Assembly (NCBI GenBank): GCA_044376115.1
Contig: JBILLK010000023.1
Coordinates: forward strand, 64,001 to 128,000
Direction: 5' to 3'
From: Polyangiaceae bacterium
GTDB taxonomy: Bacteria; Myxococcota_A; Polyangia; Polyangiales; Polyangiaceae
Length of the DNA stretch: 64,000 bases
The first letter of the stretch is position 1; every line of letters starts with the position of its first letter. Under the pieces are notes generated by a model. It was not told the DNA's origin. It did no database searches and worked only from the letters and a program-made list of their open reading frames with translations. The position numbers and the translations under genes were made by a program. Shown one piece after another: positions 18,168 to 27,662 of the stretch.

Positions 18168-18926
18168 GTGAGCATCAATACCTCCGCATCGCTTCTTCCA
18201 GGTTCAGCGCCCGCCCATATTGCAATCATTCTTGACGGCAATGGTCGCTGGGCCACCCAAAGGACGTTGCCGCGGACCGCCGGGCATGAGCACGGAAGCA
18301 AAGCCGTTCGTACGGCGGTCTACGGCTGCAACAGCCGCGGGGTGAAGACGTTGACGCTCTATGCTTTCAGCGCAGCCAACTGGTCCCGCCCCAAGCAAGA
18401 GGTTGAAACGCTGATGCGGCTCTGCGCTGAGTTCGCCGAAAACGAGCTCGAGGAGTTGGTTCGCCGCAACGTGCATGTGTCGGTCATCGGAGACATCGAC
18501 GAGCTGCCGACGCGGACGCGACGCGCGACCGAGCAGTTGGTGGAGGCGACCCGCGAATGCACGGGCATGACGCTCGCGCTCGCGCTCTCCTACGGCGGTC
18601 GGCAAGACATGGTCTCGGCGATTCGTCAGATCGCCATTCGCGCCCGCGCTGGCCTCGTCATCCCGGAGGAGGTCAACGAGACGAGCCTGCGAGCCTACTT
18701 GTCCACCGGCAAGCTGCCCGATCCGGATCTCGTGATTCGCACGGGTGGAGAGCGCCGGCTCTCGGACTTCTTGTTGTTTGAGTGCGCCTACGCCGAACTC
18801 TTCTTCACCGAGACGCTTTGGCCGGACTTCACCGAGGAGACCTTGGACGAGGCCATCGCAGCCTTTTGTCGGCGACAACGTCGCTTTGGTAAGACGGGCG
18901 ACCAGATCGTTTCAGAAGCGGTCTGA
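18168..18926 (+). CDS. uppS: cis-prenyltransferase (undecaprenyl diphosphate synthase family)
   Basis: HIAIILDGNGRWA, YAFSAANWSRP, YGGR, PDPDLVIRTGGERRLSDF, RQRRFG. Confidence 0.92.
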   Translation: MSINTSASLLPGSAPAHIAIILDGNGRWATQRTLPRTAGHEHGSKAVRTAVYGCNSRGVKTLTLYAFSAANWSRPKQEVETLMRLCAEFAENELEELVRRNVHVSVIGDIDELPTRTRRATEQLVEATRECTGMTLALALSYGGRQDMVSAIRQIAIRARAGLVIPEEVNETSLRAYLSTGKLPDPDLVIRTGGERRLSDFLLFECAYAELFFTETLWPDFTEETLDEAIAAFCRRQRRFGKTGDQIVSEAV

Positions 18927-18932
18927 CCGGCG

Positions 18933-18955
18933 AAAAAGGCGGCTTAATTGCCGCC
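18933..18955 (-). terminator. Intrinsic terminator
   Basis: Minus strand GGCGGC-AATTAA-GCCGCC-TTTTT at a convergent gene junction; the stop codon lies in the loop. Confidence 0.6.
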
Positions 18956-19411
18956 GATGATCGCCATCAGCCCGTCGGCGTTGAGCGAGCCGTCTTCTTT
19001 GAAGTCCACGGTTGCGGATTTTCCGCCTTCCACCGTGCAGGTCATTTTCGTCCCTTTCACGGCGATGAAGCGCTCGCTGCCGCAATCGACCTTGCGCTTG
19101 TTGGTGAAGTGTCCCAGCGCCTTTTCGGAGTACTCGACCGGGTCGAAGAGCTTGCCCTCGAGTTCCCAGTTCACGTTGCCCTGATCATCCTTCTGCGTGA
19201 CCTTCACGACGAAGCTGTCTCCGAGGCCGGACACGCCCTCGCAGGTGAAGCTGTCGCCCGCCTTGAGTTCGCGGTCGGCGGGGCACTTCACTTCCCGCAC
19301 GGCCACCTTCTCGGACTCGAACTTGGACTTGATCGCCTGCTCAAGCTTTGCCCCATCGAAACGAGAGCAGGCGCAGAGCAGGGGCAGGATGAGCAGCAGG
19401 CGCTTTCGCAT
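18944..19411 (-). CDS. DUF4333-like lipoprotein
   Basis: Lipobox; tandem VKCP..GDSFTC and VDCG..GTKMTC units. Confidence 0.7.
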   Translation of the reverse strand: MRKRLLLILPLLCACSRFDGAKLEQAIKSKFESEKVAVREVKCPADRELKAGDSFTCEGVSGLGDSFVVKVTQKDDQGNVNWELEGKLFDPVEYSEKALGHFTNKRKVDCGSERFIAVKGTKMTCTVEGGKSATVDFKEDGSLNADGLMAIIGGN

Positions 19412-19701
19412 CGGGAGAGCATGCCATCTTCTCTCCAACGCAAGCAACGCGCAGCAACGTGGGCTGTTGACCGGCGGAAGAGCATGAGTGGGCAGATTTT
19501 TACCCAGGTGGGCAACCTGTGGCCCGCTTCGGCCAACCGAGGATAATCTCCCACCTCAAAAGTCGCGCAAATTCGGGGGCAATCGCTATTGACCAGCGAA
19601 TCAATAGCGGCACGAGTCTTGAATAGTGGTCAATATGCTGACCTTCAACGCCGCTATGCTCGAACTCGCCCCCACCAGCGCTACCGCCGTCGAGTGAGGC
19701 T

Positions 19702-21090
19702 TCAGAGATCGATCGAGGAGGGGACCAGAATCCCGAGCGGAGCGAGGCACATCTCGTTGAGCGTCTCCTCGCCGAGCACCACGTCCACCGGAGCTGAAAG
19801 GCCCTGCTCTTCGAGAGCCTTCTTTACGAACGGGTTGCCCATCGAATTGTCGTAGTGGCAGGTGAGCTTGAGGATGTCGCCGGCTTTGCCCTTGGGCAGC
19901 TGATCAATCGGGGTGTCGTAGGTGTACATCCGCTGCCAGTTAAAGTCCCACTGGGGGGTGTGGACCAAACATTCCTCGAGCGGCTGGGAGGCAGAGAACG
20001 GCCGCTCAATATCGAGCCGGATGTCTGTGCCGACGTAGTGCATGTGCGTCATCGCCATCAGGATCGGAACCTCGATGATGATCTCCGGCGGGATCACGAT
20101 TTCCATGGTCTCGGTGTGATCGCTCACGCCGGCCGGAACGCGGAACTCGGGCTCCCCTCGATCGTTCGGCCCGGGAAGCAGCCCGTCTTCACCATTTGCA
20201 GCGTTGCCTGGGAAGGTGACAACGAACTGATAGGGCGGGACGACGTCGGAGTAGCGTAGCTCCACCTCCGAGGAGTCCTCCTCCACCGACGTTCCAGTGG
20301 GGTGATAGTGCATCTGCACGATCAGCACGTCATCGGGCGTCAGCTTGATGCCGACGTCCTTGGGCAACTCGAACGGATTGCCGCCGGGTGCCCATACATG
20401 GACGATTTGCCCTGGAGCGCCGCCAAAACACGGGAACCGACCAGTGCCGCCGGAAAGCGTATTCGCGTCTTCACGACTGGTGCGGAAGGTGAGCGCGTGA
20501 TGAGCCACCTTGGCGTTGCCGGGAACCAAGTGAATGCCGTCGATCCACTTCTCCTCGGTAAGGGCGGGATCGTAAACGACGCACTCGAACAAATCGGAGT
20601 CGCCTTCAACCACCGAAGGCTCCTCCGGCGCCAAGGTCTGGGCCTTGTTCGGGAGGCCGAGCGGAGGCGGAACAAAGGGCGGCGGCGCATCCGCAATATC
20701 GCCCTCGGGTGCGTCGGCGTCGGCCCACGCTTGCAACGTGGCCAGCTCCTCGTCGCTTAGGCTGATGTCGCCCTTGAACGGGAAACGGGGCTCGCAGCCT
20801 TCTGTGCTGAGCGCGCCCCACGGAGGCATCGCCCGAGACTGCGTGGCGGCGACGATTGATGCGGCAAGCGGCCGCGCCTCCTCGTACTTCTCGAGCGAGA
20901 AGCCACCGATGCGCCCGTTCGAGTGGCAGCTCAAGCAGCTCTTGTGCAGGATCGGCTCGACGTCACGGTGAAAGGTCACCGACGCAGAATTTGACCCCCC
21001 TCCTCCACCCGTGTCGCCAGGGCCCGTGCTTTCGCAGGCGGCGGCGGAAAGCATCATGGTGACGGCGAGTGAGCTGCTTCGCTTCAACAT
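19702..21090 (-). CDS. Copper type II (PHM/DBH-like) monooxygenase lipoprotein with an N-terminal heme c domain
   Basis: Lipobox AAA-C; CLSCH..MPPW; copper ligands VAHH, QMHY, THMH, EMC; WDFNWQ. Confidence 0.85.
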   Translation of the reverse strand: MLKRSSSLAVTMMLSAAACESTGPGDTGGGGGSNSASVTFHRDVEPILHKSCLSCHSNGRIGGFSLEKYEEARPLAASIVAATQSRAMPPWGALSTEGCEPRFPFKGDISLSDEELATLQAWADADAPEGDIADAPPPFVPPPLGLPNKAQTLAPEEPSVVEGDSDLFECVVYDPALTEEKWIDGIHLVPGNAKVAHHALTFRTSREDANTLSGGTGRFPCFGGAPGQIVHVWAPGGNPFELPKDVGIKLTPDDVLIVQMHYHPTGTSVEEDSSEVELRYSDVVPPYQFVVTFPGNAANGEDGLLPGPNDRGEPEFRVPAGVSDHTETMEIVIPPEIIIEVPILMAMTHMHYVGTDIRLDIERPFSASQPLEECLVHTPQWDFNWQRMYTYDTPIDQLPKGKAGDILKLTCHYDNSMGNPFVKKALEEQGLSAPVDVVLGEETLNEMCLAPLGILVPSSIDL

Positions 21091-21202
21091 TAACTCTCCG
21101 TACGCAACCGGAGCGCTGGCAACAAGTCAGAGCATCACAGTTCGTAGCTTGGCCCGACCCCGACATCCCTACCTTGAGTTCGCGAGCCCGAAAGAGCGGT
21201 CT

Positions 21203-21850
21203 CTAGATCTTGATGAAATTGGTCGCCGCCAAGGGCCCGAACGGCAGCGCCGCAAGTCGGCCGCCTACGTCAAGGGACCCGAGATCGACAGGGAAGTAGC
21301 CAACTGCCTCTAGGACCTTTCGCACCTCCGCTTTCGCACTCGCATCGTCGCCGGAGTAGAACTGAACGCGCTGGCCACCCAACGTCCTTGGCTCCTCGAG
21401 GACTCTAACGTCCAGGTGGTTCAGCGCCTTCACGAGGCGCGCTCCCGGAACGTGCTCACGAAAGACCTCGCTCGAGTGCTTTGCGCCAAGATCGATCGCC
21501 TTGATCCCGTACGCCGCAAGCGGGTTGGTCGGATCTTTCGTCTCCGGAGAGCCTGGCTCCAGGAACGCGACTGGATTGGTGCCATCGATTACGATGCGAC
21601 CGTCCCAAGGTGGCAAGCCGCTGAGCGCCGTACCGAGGTCCTCCCAGCGCACGGCGACGAGGACCATGTCCGCGCTGGCTGCATCGGCCACGGTGCCTGC
21701 CTTAATCGAGGGGCCTGCCTCTGCGACGAGCGACGCGAGGGACGCCGGTCCTCGACGATTCGAGATCGTAGCCGCGATGCCTGCCCGTCCAAGGACGCGT
21801 GCGATGCTGGAGCCGAGTCCACCCGAACCGATGATGCCGATGCTGGTCAT
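21203..21850 (-). CDS. NADP oxidoreductase, F420-dependent NADP reductase-like family
   Basis: IGIIGSGGLG, VLVAV, IDGTNP, VKALN, SGDD; AAGGA ribosome site upstream of 21850. Confidence 0.85.
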   Translation of the reverse strand: MTSIGIIGSGGLGSSIARVLGRAGIAATISNRRGPASLASLVAEAGPSIKAGTVADAASADMVLVAVRWEDLGTALSGLPPWDGRIVIDGTNPVAFLEPGSPETKDPTNPLAAYGIKAIDLGAKHSSEVFREHVPGARLVKALNHLDVRVLEEPRTLGGQRVQFYSGDDASAKAEVRKVLEAVGYFPVDLGSLDVGGRLAALPFGPLAATNFIKI

Positions 21851-22000
21851 TGTCTTCATTCCTTTTCGTGTCGAGCGAGGACGCGAACTTCGCGACGCTT
21901 GCCGACGACTGACTGTGAGCAACACCTTGTGCGCGGATCCTTGCTGTCGGTAGGGCTCGCCGGATAGCATCGCTTTCAAGCAAACGTTGAAACCACGCGC

Positions 22001-22924
22001 ATGGAAACCTTGTCGAACCTGGAATCCTTCGTCCGGAGCGCCGAGTCAGGCAGCTTCTCCGCCGCCGCGCGACGCCTCAGGCTGACGCCGGCGGCGATCA
22101 GCCGAAACGTGGCCCAACTCGAGCGAAACCTGGGCGTGCGGCTGTTCCAGCGAAACACGCACGGATTGAAGCTCACCGAGGCCGGTGAGCGCTTCCTCGC
22201 CAACGTTGGCAGCGGGCTGGACAGTCTCCAGGGGGCGATCGCGGAGGTGACGTCCAGGGCTGATCAGCCGGCGGGCAGGCTCAAGCTGAGCATGGCGCAG
22301 CGATTCGGGATCACCGAAGTGATGCCGCTGATACCGCTGTTCCTCGCTCGCTACCCCGCGGTGACCATCGACCTTGATTTCGACAACCGTACCGCAGACC
22401 TTGTCGGCGACGGTGTCGACGCGGCGATCGGGGGAGGCTTCGAGCTGAAGCCCGGCGTGGTGTCGCGCGAGCTTGCGCCCGCGCATCTCGTAGCTGTGGC
22501 CTCACCCTCGTACCTCGCGGGAAAGAAGATGCCGAAGACACCGGAAGACATGCGGCAGCTCGACGTCATCGCCATGCGTTCACCGCAGAGCGGGAGGGTG
22601 AAGCCATGGATCATGCGCAATCGTGATGGCGACGAGGTGCCGATGGCAGCGCGCTCCCGCTTGTTCATCAACGATCCGGAGGCGATCTGTCGCGCCGCGT
22701 TGCTTGGGATGGGCGTGGCGGTCTTGCTCTTCGCTGACATGGCCGAGCACCTCAAAAGTGGAGCGCTCAAGCGCGTGCTTCCTGGCTGGCACGTGGATCT
22801 CGGGAAGATCTCGCTGTACTTCGCAGGCACGAAGCTACTCCCGGCGAAGACTCGGGCCTTCGTTGACTACCTGACCGAATCGCTTCGAGCACAAAAGACA
22901 GCAAAGCGTTACTCCGCCACCTGA
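22001..22924 (+). CDS. LysR-family transcriptional regulator
   Basis: FVRSAESGSFSAAARRL..AISRNVAQLERNLGVRLFQR; divergent from the oxidoreductase. Confidence 0.95.
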   Translation: METLSNLESFVRSAESGSFSAAARRLRLTPAAISRNVAQLERNLGVRLFQRNTHGLKLTEAGERFLANVGSGLDSLQGAIAEVTSRADQPAGRLKLSMAQRFGITEVMPLIPLFLARYPAVTIDLDFDNRTADLVGDGVDAAIGGGFELKPGVVSRELAPAHLVAVASPSYLAGKKMPKTPEDMRQLDVIAMRSPQSGRVKPWIMRNRDGDEVPMAARSRLFINDPEAICRAALLGMGVAVLLFADMAEHLKSGALKRVLPGWHVDLGKISLYFAGTKLLPAKTRAFVDYLTESLRAQKTAKRYSAT

Positions 22925-22962
22925 GCTGTCGGGCCCAGGGTTGAAGTAGGAGCCAATCAAGG

Positions 22963-23039
22963 TGGCGCGCCCGGCAGGACTCGAACCTGCGACCCGCGGC
23001 TTAGAAGGCCGCCGCTCTATCCAACTGAGCTACGGGCAC
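22963..23039 (-). tRNA. tRNA-Arg(UCU)
   Basis: Minus strand GTGCCCGTAGCTCAGTTGGATAGAGC, anticodon arm GCGGC-CTTCTAA-GCCGC, GTTCGAG T-loop, encoded CCA; 77 nt. Confidence 0.97.
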
Positions 23040-23102
23040 CAGAGGAAGCGTGGTTATAGCTTCCCGTCGAGCCGAGTGGAACCGCCTCCTCGTACGAACG
23101 AG

Positions 23103-24443
23103 CTAAAGCCCCGCGAGCGGGCCGGTTGCGTCGCCAAAAGCGTTGATGTCAACGTCGAGCGCGTTGAGCATGCTCACGAAGAGCTGACCCACCGAGGGCG
23201 CTCCAGCAAACTCCACGTGCCGCCCAGGCACGATGGCGCCACCGGCCGACCCTGCAAGCAGAATGGGCATGTCGTCGTGGTTGTGCGCGTTGCCGTCGGA
23301 GATCTCCGACGAGAAGAAGATGAGCGAGTTGTCGAGCAGCGTTTTTCCGTCGATGTCCTCCACCGCATCCAAGCTCGAGAGCAGGTTGGCGAACTGCTGC
23401 ACCTCCCAGGTGTCGATCAGCGTCAGTTTGTCGAAGTTGGCTGCGAGGTCCTGATGATGGCTCAACTCGTGATGCCCGCCGCTCACGCCGATGAAGTCAT
23501 AGCTGCGGTTTGATCCTGCGTTGGCCAGCATGAAGGAGATCACCCGCGTCGAGTCGCACTGAAAGGCCAGCGTCATCAGCTGGTTCATGAGCGCAATGTG
23601 GTCGGCCAAATCCAACGGATCCCCAGGCTTATCACCAGGAATGCACTGCGGACCTTGACCACTTGCGGCGAGCTTCTCCTCCAGTTCTCGCACGCCTGTC
23701 AGGTACTGCTCCACCTTGAGCTTGTCGCTCTTGCCCAGCCGGGTCTGCAGCTTGGTGGCGTCCTCCTTCACGTAGTCGAGGATGCTCGTTCGATAGTGGA
23801 GCCGCTTGGCTTGCTCTTCCGCCGTCGCTTGCGGGTCTTGCCCCGCGAACATCGTGTCGAAGATTGCGCCGGGGTTGGTGAGCTTGGGCAACGGCGTGAC
23901 TTCATCCGCCCAGCTGATGTTCTGCGCGTAGGCGCAGCTGTATCCAGAGTCGCAATCACCAATGCCGCTGCCACCCTCGATGCCGAGTTGTAGGGAGTTG
24001 ATCGCCGTGTGCTGACCGAGCACCCCGGCTGCGACTTGATCCATCGAAATGCCGTTCTGAATGTCGGCGCCTTGGGTCTTCTTGGGATGAGCGTTCGTGA
24101 TGAAGGCGCCAGTGCCCGAGGCGTGGTCTCCAGCGCCGTCGGGGCGCGCAGGCATGTTCGCCAGGCCACTGAGTACGCTGACCTTCGATCGCACAGGATC
24201 GAGCGGCATCAAGATCGGCGAAAGCCCATAGTTCGCCCCCGTCGAGGTGGGACGGAAGTTCTGCATGTGGATGCCGCAGGGCACGTAGTACGCGAGCAGT
24301 CGCTTTGGAGCCATGTCCGCAGCTCGCACGTTACGCGGCATCAGGGACTCGAGCAGCGGCAAGCCGAGCAGCGCGCCTGCGCCGCCAAGGAAGCTCCGTC
24401 GCAATAGGCTCTTGCGAGCGGGACGTTGAATTCGGTTCATCAC
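23103..24443 (-). CDS. DUF1552-family protein with a Tat signal
   Basis: RRSFLGG..LGLPLLESL, SMDQVAA, DSGYSCAY, AFQCDSTRV, HHELSHH, GNAHNH. Confidence 0.88.
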   Translation of the reverse strand: MMNRIQRPARKSLLRRSFLGGAGALLGLPLLESLMPRNVRAADMAPKRLLAYYVPCGIHMQNFRPTSTGANYGLSPILMPLDPVRSKVSVLSGLANMPARPDGAGDHASGTGAFITNAHPKKTQGADIQNGISMDQVAAGVLGQHTAINSLQLGIEGGSGIGDCDSGYSCAYAQNISWADEVTPLPKLTNPGAIFDTMFAGQDPQATAEEQAKRLHYRTSILDYVKEDATKLQTRLGKSDKLKVEQYLTGVRELEEKLAASGQGPQCIPGDKPGDPLDLADHIALMNQLMTLAFQCDSTRVISFMLANAGSNRSYDFIGVSGGHHELSHHQDLAANFDKLTLIDTWEVQQFANLLSSLDAVEDIDGKTLLDNSLIFFSSEISDGNAHNHDDMPILLAGSAGGAIVPGRHVEFAGAPSVGQLFVSMLNALDVDINAFGDATGPLAGL

Positions 24444-26497
24444 TTGCCCCCTTTCTCACCGCGGCGATAACGGAACGGTTCACTCAGCACCACGCGCTCC
24501 ACCAGTCGCCGCAGCTTCATCCCGTCTCCACGGAAGCCGTCGTTGATCTCGGCCAAGTACTCCAAATCGGACTCGCTGGTTCCGCGGCCCAAGGCGTACG
24601 TCATCATCTTCTCCACCGCACATTCGGAGAAGCGCTCATCCTCGGCGAGTAGATCGACGAACTCACCAGGCGAAGCGAAGGACTCGCCCTCGAATTCACC
24701 GGCAGGCTCGATCGGGAAGCCATGGTCGAGCGTTCTCCAGGCGCCAACACCGTCGTAATTTTCCATCGCCAAACCGAGCGGGTCCATCAAGTTATGGCAA
24801 GCTGCACAGATCGGATCTTCACGGTGTTGGGCCAAGAGTTGCGCTTGCGATTTGGCCTCCAGATCCTCCGGCTTGAAGCCCTCCACCCCTGCGGGCGGCG
24901 GCGGCGGCTCGGCGCAAAGCAGGTTCTCCAAGATCCACTTACCGCGCTTCACTGGCGAGGTGCGGTCAGGGTTGCTGGTCAACGTCAGCCAAGCGCCAGA
25001 CCGCAGATACCCACCGCGCTCGGCAGAATCGAAGGTCACCTTTTGATGCTCGGATCCGTTTACGTCACCGAGCCCATAGTGCTCGGAGAGTCGAGCGTCG
25101 ACGTAGGAGAAGTCCGCGGTAACCAGCTCCGGAAGCGAGAGCGACTCATCCTTTAGGAAGGCCTTGAGGAAGAGGTTTGCTTCTTGGTGCATCGAAGCTC
25201 GCAGCTCCTCATCGAAATCCGGGAAGGCGATGGCGTTCGGCTCTCGAGAAGCGAGCGCCCTTAGGAACAGCCACTGGCCCGCGAAGTTGTCGACGAGGGC
25301 GTCGGCGCGCGGGTCATCCAACATGCGCTTCACTTGGGCGGACAATGTCGCTGCGTCTTGTAGCTTCTTCTGCGCGGCCAGATCCAAGAGTTCATCGTCG
25401 GGCGTGCTGCTCCACAAGAAGTACGAAAGCCGCGTCGCGAGCTCAAAATCGCTGAGGGGATGAGCGGTCAGAGACTCGGGGTCTTCGTCGATCTCGACGC
25501 GGAAGAGAAAGTGCGCCGAGGTCAGCATCGCTCGCAACACGAGCTTCATGCCCTCGATCTCGTCGTCACCCTGCGCGGCTGCCAGCTCAAAGATCGAAAC
25601 GAGGCCGTCCACCTCGGCGGCCTCGAGCGGGCGGCGGTAGGCGCGACGACCGAACGTCTCGATGATCGACCGTACGCAAGGCTCGCCTTCGACCACCGGG
25701 TCACAGCTGAGGAAGGCGTCACGGAGCGGGTTTTGCGTTACGGCGCCGACTGGACCTTCGAGTTCGACCCAGTCGACGTAGAGGTTGCGATCGTCGCCGG
25801 TGACGTCATCCACGTAGTCGTTGACGAAGGAGACGGTGATGATGGCGCTGTTCCCGGTGAGTGCGACGGGTTGTTCGATCGTCGTAGGAGCGGCCTCGCT
25901 GCCGCCAATGTCGAAGGGCCCAAACGACTGCGAACCGACCGTGATGGTCATCCGCGCCGCGTCGGGCCCCGCTGCGGACTGCCAAGCGCGCGCGCGAATC
26001 ACATAATTGCCGTCGCTCACGAGCGGTTGGGTCGCGACGACATCGCCGTTCGACCAGAGCAGCCACGCGCTGCCAGACGCCTGCCCAATGCTGCCACCAA
26101 CCACCTCCGCTTCGTAGCGGGTCGTCGTACTTGGCAGGCCAACGTCGAGGACCTCGTCGGCGAGCGCCTCCGACGCGCGCTCGTACAGCTCGAACTGCAC
26201 CGGCGAGAGCACCAGGGTGTCGGCCATGTTGTCGAAGCCGAAGGCGTGATCATCCGCGGGGAAGGCGTCGGCGGGGCTCTGCGCCGTGCCAAGCAGGTCT
26301 CGCACGGTGTTGTTGTACTCGACCCGATTGAGCCGGTGCAGCGTGACGCGACCAGCGTCTTGCCCCGAAGGTGTGCCCGGCGGCTCGACGACGGGAGGCC
26401 CGTCTTCGGAGCTACCGATCTCACCGGTGCAGGCGGTTGCGCCCGAGGCAGCAACCAGCGCGAGAGTGAAGCAGGAGAAGCGAGTCGAACGCGCCAT
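24440..26497 (-). CDS. DUF1587/1595/1592/1588/1585 lipoprotein with an inserted CBM60-like module and one heme motif
   Basis: LHRLNRVEYNNTVRDL, AYRRPL, LATRLSYFLWSSTPD, TSPVKRGKW, CAACH; FVND..DRNLYVD. Confidence 0.88.
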   Translation of the reverse strand: MARSTRFSCFTLALVAASGATACTGEIGSSEDGPPVVEPPGTPSGQDAGRVTLHRLNRVEYNNTVRDLLGTAQSPADAFPADDHAFGFDNMADTLVLSPVQFELYERASEALADEVLDVGLPSTTTRYEAEVVGGSIGQASGSAWLLWSNGDVVATQPLVSDGNYVIRARAWQSAAGPDAARMTITVGSQSFGPFDIGGSEAAPTTIEQPVALTGNSAIITVSFVNDYVDDVTGDDRNLYVDWVELEGPVGAVTQNPLRDAFLSCDPVVEGEPCVRSIIETFGRRAYRRPLEAAEVDGLVSIFELAAAQGDDEIEGMKLVLRAMLTSAHFLFRVEIDEDPESLTAHPLSDFELATRLSYFLWSSTPDDELLDLAAQKKLQDAATLSAQVKRMLDDPRADALVDNFAGQWLFLRALASREPNAIAFPDFDEELRASMHQEANLFLKAFLKDESLSLPELVTADFSYVDARLSEHYGLGDVNGSEHQKVTFDSAERGGYLRSGAWLTLTSNPDRTSPVKRGKWILENLLCAEPPPPPAGVEGFKPEDLEAKSQAQLLAQHREDPICAACHNLMDPLGLAMENYDGVGAWRTLDHGFPIEPAGEFEGESFASPGEFVDLLAEDERFSECAVEKMMTYALGRGTSESDLEYLAEINDGFRGDGMKLRRLVERVVLSEPFRYRRGEKGGK

Positions 26498-26525
26498 GCG
26501 CTCATGTTAAACGCACGCGGAGTCG

Positions 26526-27662
26526 ATGGGACAGCCGGATTCAACCAAGCGTCGAGCTTCGAAGGCTTCGCGAGCCGAGGTGAAGTCGGGCCCGCCGATG
26601 GTGGCAGCGGCGGATCGCAGACCGCCCACCACGCGCTATCAAGGCAGCAAATTGAGCCTGCTCGGCTGGCTGCGGGAGCACCTCGCGACGCTCGAGTTCG
26701 ACAGCGCCACCGACTTGATGTGCGGCACTGGATCGGTTGCGTATTTGCTCAAAAGCATGGGCAAATCAACACTGGCCAACGACGCCTTGCGCTCCAATTT
26801 TCACAGCGCGGAGGCCCTGGTCGAAAACTCCGACGCGCAGTTGACGAAGGGTCAAGTCGGCTCCTTGCTCGCGCCGTACGCGACCGATGAAGAGCAGCTT
26901 TCGATCGTCAGCAAGGAGTATGAGGGCGTATTTTTCCTCCCGGAGGAGAATCGATTTTTGGACAAAATCGTCCCGCGGATCTGTCGATTTTCCAGCTCAG
27001 CCAGTCGGGCCATTGCCTTTCATGCCTTGTTCCAGGCGTGCTTGATGAAGCGACCGTTCAATCTCTTCCACCGTAAGAACCTGCATCTGCGAACGGCGAA
27101 AGTCGCGCGCTCCTTCGGCAACAAGACCACGTGGGATCGCCCGTTCGAGGAGCTGTTCGAGCGCGCTGTTGGCGAGACCAACGCAGCGATTTTCGACAAT
27201 GGTCGAATCAACCGAGCGTCTTGTGCGGACGCCTTCGCGGTGCACGTGGCGACCGATCTGGTCTACCTCGATCCGCCGTATCTGCGCGCGAAAGGGAGCT
27301 CGTTTCGTTATGCCGACGCCTACCACTTTCTGGAGGGCCTCACCGATCACGCGCACTGGCAAGCGAAGATCGATCGCAGCAAGAAGCACCTGCCTTACGT
27401 GACAGCTCGCTCTGTGCTCGAGGATCGAAAGCACGGCGCCGACGCACTTTGCGAGCTGATCGAGGCGCAACGCAACGTTCAGGAAGTAGTGATCTCTTAC
27501 CGCAGCGCCGGGACCCCAAGCATCGAGGTGCTCGAGCGGCAACTGCGCGGTCAGCGCAGAGCCGTACGAGTGGTTCACAAAACCAACCGCTATGCGCTGG
27601 CGATCCAAGATTCGGCGGAAGTTCTTTTGCTCGGCTCTCGCCCCAGGAGAGTTCACGGGTGA
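26526..27662 (+). CDS. DNA N6-adenine methyltransferase, Dam/FokI-like (start may be 26598)
   Basis: RYQGSK, DLMCGTGSV (motif I), ANDA, VYLDPPY (motif IV), VISY. Confidence 0.88.
   Translation: MGQPDSTKRRASKASRAEVKSGPPMVAAADRRPPTTRYQGSKLSLLGWLREHLATLEFDSATDLMCGTGSVAYLLKSMGKSTLANDALRSNFHSAEALVENSDAQLTKGQVGSLLAPYATDEEQLSIVSKEYEGVFFLPEENRFLDKIVPRICRFSSSASRAIAFHALFQACLMKRPFNLFHRKNLHLRTAKVARSFGNKTTWDRPFEELFERAVGETNAAIFDNGRINRASCADAFAVHVATDLVYLDPPYLRAKGSSFRYADAYHFLEGLTDHAHWQAKIDRSKKHLPYVTARSVLEDRKHGADALCELIEAQRNVQEVVISYRSAGTPSIEVLERQLRGQRRAVRVVHKTNRYALAIQDSAEVLLLGSRPRRVHG

Noticed and set aside
21203..22963. LysR/oxidoreductase pair as an island integrated at the tRNA 3' end
   Set aside because: No integrase and no duplicated tRNA 3' end found by eye; an old islet cannot be excluded
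22962..23513. 183-aa ORF beginning MARPAGLEPATRGLEG
   Set aside because: It is the antisense reading of tRNA-Arg and the DUF1552 gene end
25460..26890. Long plus-strand ORF of 476 aa
   Set aside because: Antisense shadow of the DUF1592-type gene, expected in high-GC DNA; no motifs
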